Source: Clostridia bacterium
GTDB lineage: Bacteria; Bacillota; Clostridia; Christensenellales; CAG-314
NCBI GenBank assembly: GCA_017409765.1
Contig: JAFQSA010000003.1
Span: 1-57,324 of the forward strand
Length of the DNA stretch: 57,324 bases
Direction: 5' to 3'
The notes below the pieces were generated by a model. It did not search any database. It was not told where the DNA came from and saw nothing but the letters and a program-made list of their open reading frames with translations. Both the position numbers and the translations under genes were made by a program. This document shows positions 19,890 to 28,996 of the stretch, one piece after another (position 1 is the first letter of the stretch; each line of letters opens with the position of its first letter).

Positions 19890-20594
19890 ATGAACAAATA
19901 CAAACGTATTGTACTCAAAGTAAGTGGCGAGGCTTTGGCTGGTACCAACAACCATGGCATCGCAAATGATGGCGTTGTAGCCGTTGTAAAGGAAATCAAA
20001 CAAGTGGTGGAACTTGGCGTTCAACTTGGTGTTGTTGTTGGCGGTGGAAACTTTTGGCGCGGACGCACCTGCGAGGATATGAATCGTGCCACAGCCGACT
20101 ACATTGGCATGATGGGCACAGTTATGAACGGCCTTGCTCTTGGCGAAGGCTTGACTGCCGCTGGTATCAAAAACAAGGTTGTAAGCTCCCTTGCAATCGA
20201 CAAGGTGTGCGAAACCTACTTTTTGCCAAACGTAAACAAGTATCTCGAGGAAGGCTACGTTGTAATCTTTGTTGGTGGAACGGGTTCTCCATTCTTCTCA
20301 ACAGATACGTGTGCATCCTTGCGCGCTTGCGAAATTGGTGCTGATGCCGTTTTCTGCGCAAAGGCAATCGATGCTGTGTACGACAGTGACCCAGCAACAA
20401 ATCCCAATGCCATCCGCTATGACGACATCACTTTTGACAAAATCATTGCCGACAATCTCAAAGTATTGGATTTGACATCCGTTGCAATGTGCAGAGAGTA
20501 CGATATGCCTGTGGTGGTGTACAGCAAAGATGAGCCTAACGGTATCATCCGCCTTTTGAGTGGCGAAAAGTTTGGCACAATCATTCACAAATAA
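19890..20594 (+). CDS. pyrH: Uridylate kinase
   Basis: LKVSGEAL, GGGNFWRG, PFFSTD; ATG 19890 after GAGG. Confidence 0.97.
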   Translation: MNKYKRIVLKVSGEALAGTNNHGIANDGVVAVVKEIKQVVELGVQLGVVVGGGNFWRGRTCEDMNRATADYIGMMGTVMNGLALGEGLTAAGIKNKVVSSLAIDKVCETYFLPNVNKYLEEGYVVIFVGGTGSPFFSTDTCASLRACEIGADAVFCAKAIDAVYDSDPATNPNAIRYDDITFDKIIADNLKVLDLTSVAMCREYDMPVVVYSKDEPNGIIRLLSGEKFGTIIHK

Positions 20595-20682
20595 TTCAGC
20601 GTTATTTTAGTTAAATTTGGTACAATACCCCATGTGATGGGGCTATGCTTGCAAATTTTTTTCTGCAATTAGCAAATAGGTA

Positions 20683-20711
20683 TTGAATTTATCTACAAAA
20701 TATTGTAAAAT
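20683..20711 (+). promoter_or_regulatory. Sigma-A promoter for frr operon
   Basis: TTGAAT-N17-TAAAAT. Confidence 0.6.
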
Positions 20712-20742
20712 ATAGTATCAACTATTATATAAGGAGTTATCT

Positions 20743-21318
20743 ATGAACTACGCGACCCCACAAATTGAAGAAATCTTTATGGACTTCGAGTTCGATTGCG
20801 AAAAGGCAATTGACTATATGAAAGGCGAATATGCCGTTATGAAGGCAGGACGCGCCAATCCAAAATTGGTAGAAAACATCAAAGTTGACTACTACGGAGC
20901 AATGACGCCTATCAAACAAATGGGCAATATCTCCATCCCAGAGCCACGTCAAATTGTTATTTCCGTTTGGGACAAATCCACTTTGAAATCCATCGAAAAG
21001 GCAATTTTGGCAGCAAACATTGGCGTAACACCACAAAACGATGGTGTTGTAATTCGTCTTGTTTTCCCTGTATTGACAGAGGAACGTCGTCGTGACCTTG
21101 TAAAGCAAGTTAAAAAACTTGCCGAAGATACCAAGGTTGTTTTGCGTAATGCTCGTCGTGATGCAATGGATGGTCTTAAAAAGGAAAAGAACAACAAAAC
21201 TGTTTCCGAGGACTTGATTGCCGACTACGAAAAGGAAATTGACAAAGCTTTGGCAAAACTTATCGAAAGTGTAGACAAGCTTGCTAAGGAAAAAGAAGCA
21301 GAAGTAATGTCTGTATAA
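20743..21318 (+). CDS. frr: Ribosome recycling factor
   Basis: KAGRANP, VDYYG, LTEERRRDLVK, RNARRD. Confidence 0.98.
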   Translation: MNYATPQIEEIFMDFEFDCEKAIDYMKGEYAVMKAGRANPKLVENIKVDYYGAMTPIKQMGNISIPEPRQIVISVWDKSTLKSIEKAILAANIGVTPQNDGVVIRLVFPVLTEERRRDLVKQVKKLAEDTKVVLRNARRDAMDGLKKEKNNKTVSEDLIADYEKEIDKALAKLIESVDKLAKEKEAEVMSV

Positions 21319-21320
21319 AG

Positions 21321-21518
21321 ATGAATTTACACGATTTGATTGGACTTGAAGTTTGTGATGCCGAAGACTTTTTGCAAAAAGCAGGTATAACAAACTTCAA
21401 GTTTGTTTATTATGTAGATAGAAAGCAATCTGCATACGACAAGGAGATTGTAACGGCGGTGCGCCAAAGGGACGATGGTCTGGAATTGGTGGTTTGCCGT
21501 TACTTGTTGGAAATCTAA
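21321..21518 (+). CDS. Small hypothetical protein (PASTA-like start DLIG...A...L)
   Basis: Fills the frr-uppS gap exactly; its stop overlaps the uppS start (TAATG). Confidence 0.7.
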   Translation: MNLHDLIGLEVCDAEDFLQKAGITNFKFVYYVDRKQSAYDKEIVTAVRQRDDGLELVVCRYLLEI

Positions 21519-22204
21519 TGAACAAACTAACGCACGTAGCAATAATCATGGATGGCAATGGTCGTTGGGCGCAAGGCAAAGGGCTCGTTCGCATGGAAGG
21601 GCACAAGCAAGGCCTTGCTACTGCCGAAAAGATCATCGAGCATTCTATCAAAGTGGGCATCAAATACCTCTCATTGTACGTTTTTTCCACCGAAAATTGG
21701 AAAAGACCTCAAATGGAAGTGTCCACGCTGTTTTCCCTTGCGGAAAAGTATCTGGACAAATTCCAAGATTTTTGCAAAAACAAGGTGCGAGTTGTGGTTT
21801 CTGGCAGTCGTGATGGATTGCCTAAAAAATTGGTCAAAAAGGCGGAACAAATACAAAAGGAAACTGCAAATCACGATGCAATTTGCGTAAATCTTTGCAT
21901 AAACTATGGTGGACAGCAGGATATTTTGCAAGCGGTAAACAAACTTGCGGAAAGTGGCTTGCCCATCACGGCGGAAAGTTTGCAACAAAATTTGTACAAT
22001 GGCTTTATTCCCGCGCCAGATGTAATCGTTCGCACGGGCGGACAAAAGCGCTTGTCCAACTTTTTGCTTTACCAAAGCGCCTATGCGGAACTGTATTTTT
22101 CCAATACGCTTTGGCCAGATTTTTCCATTGAGGAGTACAATGATATCATTGCCGACTACGAACTGCGCATTCGTAATTTCGGAGGATTAGTCGATGCTAA
22201 ATAA
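21518..22204 (+). CDS. uppS: Undecaprenyl diphosphate synthase
   Basis: HVAIIMDGNGRWA, FSTENWKRP, RTGGQKRLSNFLL. Confidence 0.97.
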   Translation: MNKLTHVAIIMDGNGRWAQGKGLVRMEGHKQGLATAEKIIEHSIKVGIKYLSLYVFSTENWKRPQMEVSTLFSLAEKYLDKFQDFCKNKVRVVVSGSRDGLPKKLVKKAEQIQKETANHDAICVNLCINYGGQQDILQAVNKLAESGLPITAESLQQNLYNGFIPAPDVIVRTGGQKRLSNFLLYQSAYAELYFSNTLWPDFSIEEYNDIIADYELRIRNFGGLVDAK

Positions 22205-23189
22205 AACTTCCTTTTGGAAGCGAAACTTTGTTAGTCTATTCATCCTTATCGTGATGGTAGGGATGATTTTGCTAAACGTTTTTCTTCCAAACTTTCAAAA
22301 CAAAAACTTTATCAGCGGTCGCGGTATCAATTCCGCGCTTATTTCCGCGCTAATTTTACTCGCCGTAATCGAAATGCGTCGAGCTTTTGGCTTTGAAAGA
22401 ATTCCGCATTGTTTTAGTTGGCTAATTTGGCTGTTTGGCTTTGGTATTGGCCCATGCTACAGCTTTTTTGGTTTCCACGGCATTGTATTCATGGTTTTGT
22501 TTGTGTTTATTTGCGCGGTGTTTACGGCGCTAATTCGCAACCGAGTGGATAGTTTGGTGTTTATCGCATCAGTTTTGATATACCCCGGACTTATCATGTC
22601 TAGTTTGCTGTACCTAAATCGTTGTGCAACCAACCAAGTTATCACCAATCCGCAAATGCTCGAATACATATCTTACGACATTTGGTGGCACGTAAGCGAC
22701 TATCGTTATCAACAACTTTTGCCTTACAATGCAATTTCTATGGCGTTTGTATTTTCCGTTTCTTGCCTTACAGACGCCTTTGCGTATGTAGTTGGTAGTA
22801 TTTTTGGCAAGCACAAACTTTGCCCAGAAATCAGCCCCAAAAAGACTGTCGAAGGTGCAGTTGGTGGCGTTTTGGGCGGCTTGCTTGGATCTTTTGTAGT
22901 GTGGATCTTTTTCGATTCTCCGCTGGGTATTTTGCCAAAGCAGTTTGGTTTGTCCTTTGTTGGATTGGGACTTAGCAATGTAAACGTTGCCGTTGCCTAC
23001 GTTTCACTTGGTTTACTTGGCTCAATCATGACGCAACTTGGCGACTTGCTCGCAAGCATGTTCAAGCGTTATTGTGGAATCAAGGACTACAGTCGTATTT
23101 TGGGTGAGCATGGCGGAATTATGGACCGATTTGACGGTATCATGCTCAACTCTTTGCTTGTATCAAGCGTATTGATATTTATTGTGTAA
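22194..23189 (+). CDS. cdsA: Phosphatidate cytidylyltransferase
   Basis: ISPKKTVEG, GDLLASMFKR...KD, HGGIMDRFD. Confidence 0.94.
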   Translation: MLNKTSFWKRNFVSLFILIVMVGMILLNVFLPNFQNKNFISGRGINSALISALILLAVIEMRRAFGFERIPHCFSWLIWLFGFGIGPCYSFFGFHGIVFMVLFVFICAVFTALIRNRVDSLVFIASVLIYPGLIMSSLLYLNRCATNQVITNPQMLEYISYDIWWHVSDYRYQQLLPYNAISMAFVFSVSCLTDAFAYVVGSIFGKHKLCPEISPKKTVEGAVGGVLGGLLGSFVVWIFFDSPLGILPKQFGLSFVGLGLSNVNVAVAYVSLGLLGSIMTQLGDLLASMFKRYCGIKDYSRILGEHGGIMDRFDGIMLNSLLVSSVLIFIV

Positions 23190-24286
23190 TGAAAAAAGTT
23201 GCCGTTTTGGGAAGTACCGGCTCTATTGGTACTCAAACATTAGAAGTTATCAGGAAAAATGCCGACAAGTTGCAAGTTGTGTCACTTGTCGCTTTTTCAC
23301 GCGAAGACAAACTCATCGAGCAGGTTGCCGAGTTTGCTCCAGACTATTACGCGTTGATATCCCAAAAAGGTCCTAATTGCCTCATTGAGGCGGTAAAAGA
23401 TGCCGACATTGCCGTTGTTGCGACAAAGGGTATCACGGCGCTAAATTGCGTTATCTACTGCCTAGAAAATGGTATCGATGTTGCTCTTGCCAACAAGGAA
23501 ACGTTGGTTTGCGGTGGCGAACTAGTTATGTCCAAGGTAGGCAAAGGTAAACTGTACACAATTGATAGCGAACATTGTGCAATATCTCAATGCATCCAAA
23601 GTCGCGAGGGCGCCAATGTTGACAAAATTTTGCTAACGGCAAGTGGCGGTCCTTTTTGGAACTGTTCCGTAGAAGAATTGTCCAATGTCACACCAAAGCA
23701 AGCGCTTGCACATCCCAATTGGAACATGGGTAGCAAAATTACAATTGACAGCGCCACAATGTTCAACAAAACGCTGGAAGTTTTGGAGGCGCATTGGTTG
23801 TTTGGCATCCCCCTTGACAAAATTCAAGTGGTTGTACATCGTCAAAGTATCGTTCACTCTATGGTGTCCTTTACGGACGGTAGCGTGATGGCGCAATTGG
23901 CAGAACCCAACATGTGTTTGCCTATTCAAATTGCCTTGCTTGGCAATGGTGGTGACCAAATAATTGACAAAATCGACTTTTCCCAAATGTTGAAACTAAC
24001 CTTCGAGCCAAGCGACGGGACAAAATTCCCCTGTGTGAATTTGGCCTACGAAGTTTTTGATATGTATCCTCTTGCGCCAACAGTTATGAATGGTGCAAAC
24101 GATGTTTGCGTACAACAATTTTTGCAAGGTAAACTTGCTTTTGACAAGTTTTACCCAACAATTATGCAAGTTGTTCGCCACTTCGAGGAGCAACTAAAAA
24201 CTGTGCCTGTAACTGTGGAAAACATCATCAAGTTTGACCAAGAGGCACAAAAATTGACTAATTCTATTCTAAATGGTGTTGTATGA
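23189..24286 (+). CDS. dxr: 1-deoxy-D-xylulose-5-phosphate reductoisomerase
   Basis: LGSTGSIG, LANKE, DSEH, LTASGGPF, HPNWNMG. Confidence 0.96.
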   Translation: MKKVAVLGSTGSIGTQTLEVIRKNADKLQVVSLVAFSREDKLIEQVAEFAPDYYALISQKGPNCLIEAVKDADIAVVATKGITALNCVIYCLENGIDVALANKETLVCGGELVMSKVGKGKLYTIDSEHCAISQCIQSREGANVDKILLTASGGPFWNCSVEELSNVTPKQALAHPNWNMGSKITIDSATMFNKTLEVLEAHWLFGIPLDKIQVVVHRQSIVHSMVSFTDGSVMAQLAEPNMCLPIQIALLGNGGDQIIDKIDFSQMLKLTFEPSDGTKFPCVNLAYEVFDMYPLAPTVMNGANDVCVQQFLQGKLAFDKFYPTIMQVVRHFEEQLKTVPVTVENIIKFDQEAQKLTNSILNGVV

Positions 24287-25575
24287 TAAATCTTTTTGGT
24301 AGTTTTTTATCAGCATTGCAATCGGTAGGTAACATTGTGCTTGCTTTGCTGGTATTCATGTTTATGATCACCGTGCACGAGTTTGGGCACTTTCTTGCAG
24401 GTAGATTGCTAAAATTTCAAATCAACGAATTTGCTGTCGGTATGGGCCCTAAACTTTTTTCAAAAAAGGCCAAAGACGGCACAACTTACTCGTTGCGCGT
24501 GTTGCCTTTTGGAGGATTTTGCGCATTCGAAGGAGAAAATGAGGACGGCGAGGAAAATCCCCGTGCATTCAACAATCAAAAGCCTTGGAAGCGCATCATA
24601 GTTTTGCTTTCCGGTGCGTTGTTTAACTTTATTTCTGCTATTGTCATTTGCGCAATTCTTTTTGTTGGCTATGGCGAAACGGTTGTAAAGGTAAATGACG
24701 TCTATGAATATGCTCCAACCATCAACCAACAGTTGGAAGGCAAAGTGCTCTACAAAATTAACGGCAAAAAACTCTTTGTGATTGATGGCATTTCCCAGTA
24801 TCTCGACGACGAAATGACCATCGAGGTTATTGACGAAAACGGCAACGTTCAAACAATCGAAGGCGTGTTGCGTGGCACCTACGTTACTCCAACGGTCAAT
24901 GTTGTAGGCGCTGATATCGTGAGCGATGATGGTGCTCACAAAATTGCCAAAGGCGACACGTTGTACAGCGTAACTTTGGCAGACGGTAGTGTAAAGTACT
25001 TTAGTAAGGCTGGCGACTACCAAAGTATCATTGCTGATATAACTGGTCCATACGTGCTCACGGTTATCGACACACAAGGCGTACATTACAAGTACACAAT
25101 TCCCGACAATCTGTACCTATCTCAACGAATTACCGTTGATGAAAGTCAATACACGGGCGTTGGTATGTCCATTGGCTATGTCAAGTACAAGTTCTCCTTT
25201 GGCGAAGCAATGAAAAGAGTGTTGCCATATTGTGGTGAAACAGCGATGACAATTTTGCGTACTCTTGGCAACCTGATTACCGGTGTTATTGGTATCGAAT
25301 CGGTCGGTGGCCCAATCAGCACAATTGGTGTAACAAGCCAAGTTGTTGCAACAGGCTTTTCCAACGTGCTCTATTTGATAGTGCTAATTTCCATCAATCT
25401 TGCTGTGTTTAATCTACTTCCTGTACCTGCACTAGACGGATGTCAAATTGTATTTTGTATCATCGAGTGGATCGCAGGAAAGCCCATCGACAGAAAAATT
25501 CAGGGCTGGATCAACGGCATTGGCTTGATTGTTTTGCTCGGTTTTGCCGTGCTGGTAGACCTGCTCAAACTCTAA
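24283..25575 (+). CDS. rseP: Site-2 intramembrane metalloprotease RseP/RasP
   Basis: HEFGH, PFGGF, NLLPVPALDG. Confidence 0.92.
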   Translation: MINLFGSFLSALQSVGNIVLALLVFMFMITVHEFGHFLAGRLLKFQINEFAVGMGPKLFSKKAKDGTTYSLRVLPFGGFCAFEGENEDGEENPRAFNNQKPWKRIIVLLSGALFNFISAIVICAILFVGYGETVVKVNDVYEYAPTINQQLEGKVLYKINGKKLFVIDGISQYLDDEMTIEVIDENGNVQTIEGVLRGTYVTPTVNVVGADIVSDDGAHKIAKGDTLYSVTLADGSVKYFSKAGDYQSIIADITGPYVLTVIDTQGVHYKYTIPDNLYLSQRITVDESQYTGVGMSIGYVKYKFSFGEAMKRVLPYCGETAMTILRTLGNLITGVIGIESVGGPISTIGVTSQVVATGFSNVLYLIVLISINLAVFNLLPVPALDGCQIVFCIIEWIAGKPIDRKIQGWINGIGLIVLLGFAVLVDLLKL

Positions 25576-25686
25576 GGTCAGCAAACCAAATTTAGTTCAA
25601 AAAATGGTGTGATTTGTAAAAAATCACTCAACAATAGTAAAAATTAGCCCTTTTGTATACTACTATTACAGACATAATATCTAAAA

Positions 25687-26712
25687 ATGAAGCAAGCAAC
25701 AGTCAAAAACATCAAAATTGGTGGCGGAGCGCCCATATCAATCCAGTCCATGACCAACCTGTCGGTACTGGATATTGATGCTACTTTGGAGCAAATCAAG
25801 GCTCTTGAGTGTGCCGGTTGCGACATTGTTCGCATTGCTTTGCCCAACTCCCAATCGGTGGATGCCTTCAAGGTGGTGCGTACAAAAACGGATATTCCAC
25901 TTGTTGCGGATATTCATTTTGACTACCGACTTGCCATCGGCGGTATCGAGGCTGGTGCGGACAAAATTCGCATCAATCCCGGCAACATTCCCCAAGAACA
26001 TTTGGACAAAGTTATCCATTGTGCCAAAGCCCACAACATCGCAATCAGGCTGGGCGTAAATGGTGGCTCTGTCAACAAGGCATATCTCGACAAATTCAAT
26101 GGCGACAAAAAACTTGCACTTATCGAAAGTTTGCGTGACTACACAAACTACTTTGCTGACCGCAACTTTGATAACCTTGTTTTGTCGGTAAAAAGCAGTG
26201 ATATCCGCCAAACAGTGGAACTCAACAGAGCAATTGCAACGCTTGGCTACCCATTGCATCTCGGTGTTACCGAGGCTGGTCTTTTGCGCCAAGGTCTTGT
26301 TAAAAATGCAATTGGCATCGGCTCGCTACTTTTGGATGGTATCGGTGATACAATCCGTGTTTCGTTGACGTCCAATCCCGTTGACGAGGTGTATGCCGCA
26401 AAGGACATCTTGGTTAGTCTTGGCCTAAAAAGTGGTGTGCAATTTGTATCCTGCCCCAAGTGTGGACGTTGCTCCATCGATCTCGAAACAATTGCAACAC
26501 AAGTCTACGACTATGTAAAAACTCTCAACAAAAATATCAAAGTTGCCGTTATGGGTTGCGAAGTGAACGGCCCAGGCGAGTGCAAAGATGCCGACATTGG
26601 CATTGCTGGCGCAAACGGTGGCTACATACTATTCAAACATGGACAAGTCTACAAGCGCATTGCTGGCGAAAATGTCCTACAACAATTCATCGAGGAAGTA
26701 AACAAACTGTAA
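25687..26712 (+). CDS. ispG: HMBPP synthase IspG
   Basis: IQSMTN, PLVADIHF, RINPGN, SCPKCGR, MGCEVNGPGE. Confidence 0.97.
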   Translation: MKQATVKNIKIGGGAPISIQSMTNLSVLDIDATLEQIKALECAGCDIVRIALPNSQSVDAFKVVRTKTDIPLVADIHFDYRLAIGGIEAGADKIRINPGNIPQEHLDKVIHCAKAHNIAIRLGVNGGSVNKAYLDKFNGDKKLALIESLRDYTNYFADRNFDNLVLSVKSSDIRQTVELNRAIATLGYPLHLGVTEAGLLRQGLVKNAIGIGSLLLDGIGDTIRVSLTSNPVDEVYAAKDILVSLGLKSGVQFVSCPKCGRCSIDLETIATQVYDYVKTLNKNIKVAVMGCEVNGPGECKDADIGIAGANGGYILFKHGQVYKRIAGENVLQQFIEEVNKL

Positions 26713-26713
26713 A

Positions 26714-28363
26714 ATGCTAATCAATCAACTGCACGAAAAATTCCCAGATCTCCAAGACTTGCGAGTTAGGGACATACTTGTTGACAAGGACAAACGCAAA
26801 ATCCGTTGCATTTTGTCCTATCCCAACAGTTCTGAGTTGGATGCTACCGTAAAAAGTAACATCTACGCTTTCGTGCGCAGTTGTGTGCCCAAGGGATACT
26901 ATTGCGAAACAAAAATCTACAACGACGTCTTTTCCGAGGTTTCCTTCCGCACAAATCTCTTCGATTTTATCAAAAAGCGCTTTCCCGCTTTCAAAATTCC
27001 CCGTGAAAAAACGGTAATTAGCCAACAAGATCGTAACATTTCCGTTGTTTTTAGCGTAACGGAAATAACAAAAGGCAATCTCGAAGTGGCAAATTTCATC
27101 GAGGAACTTGCCGAACACTACAAAAATTTCACTTGCTACAACGTTTCTTTCGATGTCAAGGTGGACAAGGATATTCAAATTGACTACAATGCCTACATCC
27201 TCGACCAAGAAAGATTGGTGCAACTTGCCATCAACAAGGAACTTATGCGTCCTGTTCGCAGTTTTTCTGTAACCAATGTGGAAAAATACATCGGCAAAGT
27301 TATCAACAACACCAGCCCAATGTACATTTCCGATATTCGCGGTGTAATGAACGATTGTGTTTTGTGTGGTACAGTTTCCGCCAAGACGCTAAAAGCCACC
27401 AAAAAGGACAAGTCGCTTTACATGTGCAAGTTCTCTTTGAGTGACAATTCCGGTGCATCCATTCCTTGTGTGCTGTTTGTTCGATTTGAAATTGCCGATT
27501 TCCAAACGCTAAAACAAACAACAGGCAAGACGGATAGCGAAGTTAAAACCATTTCCGAAACAAAAACGGCCGCAAACGACCGCAAAATGAAAAAGTTGAT
27601 GAACATCTACGACACAATGGAAGTGTTGGTGCGTGGTAAAATTACCTACAACGACTTTTCTAACCAGTTGGAAATGCTTGTTTTTGACCTTTGCCTTTGC
27701 AAAATTTTGAAGGACGAGGGTAAACTGAAGAATATTGCCCCTGTTCCACAAAACTACATGATTGTTCAACCTATGTACTACGAGGACTACCAACAAGCAT
27801 CGTTTACGCAAAGTTTGTTCCGTAACGATTGGTTTGCCGAGCAAAACCTTGTTGTTTTGCATGCAAATGCAACGGGTAACGTTGCCACAAAGGACAAGTT
27901 TGTTAGCCTTGCTGGTGTCAAAATTTGCAACGGAAAGGTTGTGGAAAGTTTTGCTACATACGTCAACCCCGAAATGACAATTGCCCCCGAGTTGGAAAAA
28001 CAAATTCCAACCACCAGCGAGCAGTTGCTTTATTGTCATACCATAACAGAGTTAATCCCCGATTTGTACAAGTTTACCCATGGTTGCGCACTTGTTGGCA
28101 CGGACATGCACAAACTTGTGGAAATGTTGGATTACTACGCCGAACCATTTGGATACAAGTTTACTAACAAGATTATCGATCAGGCGGAACTTTTGGACAA
28201 AATGTTTGAGGAAAGCACCTTTGCTAAAAAGCCAAACTGTGCCAAACTAGAAGATGTTGCCAAAGTTTGCAAAATTCCATTTGAAAAATCCGCTTTTTGC
28301 AATGTTACAGCGCAAACTGTTGCGCAATGTCTTGTAAAATTGTCCGATAATTTCAAAGGATAA
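26714..28363 (+). CDS. PolC-derived protein: N-terminal domain + OB fold + degenerate DEDDh exonuclease fold; no PHP or polymerase core
   Basis: Sits at the ispG-polC-rimP position; OB-like segment KFSLSDNSGASI...VLVRGKITYNDFSNQLEM; exo-like VVLHANATG...GVKICNGKVVESFATYVNP; 549 aa, far shorter than PolC. Confidence 0.75.
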   Translation: MLINQLHEKFPDLQDLRVRDILVDKDKRKIRCILSYPNSSELDATVKSNIYAFVRSCVPKGYYCETKIYNDVFSEVSFRTNLFDFIKKRFPAFKIPREKTVISQQDRNISVVFSVTEITKGNLEVANFIEELAEHYKNFTCYNVSFDVKVDKDIQIDYNAYILDQERLVQLAINKELMRPVRSFSVTNVEKYIGKVINNTSPMYISDIRGVMNDCVLCGTVSAKTLKATKKDKSLYMCKFSLSDNSGASIPCVLFVRFEIADFQTLKQTTGKTDSEVKTISETKTAANDRKMKKLMNIYDTMEVLVRGKITYNDFSNQLEMLVFDLCLCKILKDEGKLKNIAPVPQNYMIVQPMYYEDYQQASFTQSLFRNDWFAEQNLVVLHANATGNVATKDKFVSLAGVKICNGKVVESFATYVNPEMTIAPELEKQIPTTSEQLLYCHTITELIPDLYKFTHGCALVGTDMHKLVEMLDYYAEPFGYKFTNKIIDQAELLDKMFEESTFAKKPNCAKLEDVAKVCKIPFEKSAFCNVTAQTVAQCLVKLSDNFKG

Positions 28364-28388
28364 ATATATATTTATTGTTCGCAAACAC

Positions 28389-28417
28389 TTGTCAAAGAAC
28401 TTTGTCTATGGTATAAT
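28389..28417 (+). promoter_or_regulatory. Sigma-A promoter of rimP-nusA-infB operon
   Basis: TTGTCA-N17-TATAAT with extended TGn. Confidence 0.75.
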
Positions 28418-28477
28418 TATCTCAACGTAAAGGAAACTGTCGTTTTCTTGCGTTCGCCAAGTTGATTATTCTATGGT

Positions 28478-28513
28478 GAGAGTGGAGTTCTTTTTCTCCA
28501 CTCTCTACTTTTT
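28478..28513 (+). promoter_or_regulatory. rimP leader attenuator hairpin
   Basis: GAGAGTGGAG/CTCCACTCTC stem plus T-rich tail just before the rimP RBS, like the conserved AGAGTGGG rimP leader. Confidence 0.7.
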
Positions 28514-28526
28514 GTAAGGAGGATTT

Positions 28527-28985
28527 ATGGGAAAGGTAAGTGATCAAGTATTTGAACTTGTTGCCCCCATTGCCGAAAGTTTCGGTTTGGAAGTTATCGA
28601 AGTGTTGTACGAAAAGAAGTACGACGGAATGAACTTGACCATCGTCATCGACAAAGATGGTGGTGTAGATATCAACGATTGCGAAAAGTTGCACCGCGCA
28701 ATTGACGCTCCACTTGACGAGTTGGATCCAATTGATTGTGCCTACATTTTGAACGTTTCTTCTCCAGGACTTGATCGTCCTTTGAAGACGGAACGCGATT
28801 TCAAACGCAATCTCAACAAAAAGATTTCCATCAAGTTGTACAAAGCCTTGGATGGCAAAAAGAACTTTGTAGGTATTTTGACCTCCTACGACGAGGAAAC
28901 TTTCACAATCACAGCAGAAAAAGGTCAAACAATCACATTTGTAAAAAAAGACACCGCACACATTGAGCCGGTTATTGAATTTTAG
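28527..28985 (+). CDS. rimP: Ribosome maturation factor RimP
   Basis: IDKDGGVDINDC, YILNVSSPGLDRPL. Confidence 0.96.
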   Translation: MGKVSDQVFELVAPIAESFGLEVIEVLYEKKYDGMNLTIVIDKDGGVDINDCEKLHRAIDAPLDELDPIDCAYILNVSSPGLDRPLKTERDFKRNLNKKISIKLYKALDGKKNFVGILTSYDEETFTITAEKGQTITFVKKDTAHIEPVIEF

Positions 28986-28996
28986 GAGGAACAAAA

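Noticed and set aside
25655-25689. Possible sporulation-sigma leaderless promoter for ispG (GTATA...CATAATAT-N6-ATG)
   Set aside because: Spacing fits neither sigma-E nor sigma-G consensus well
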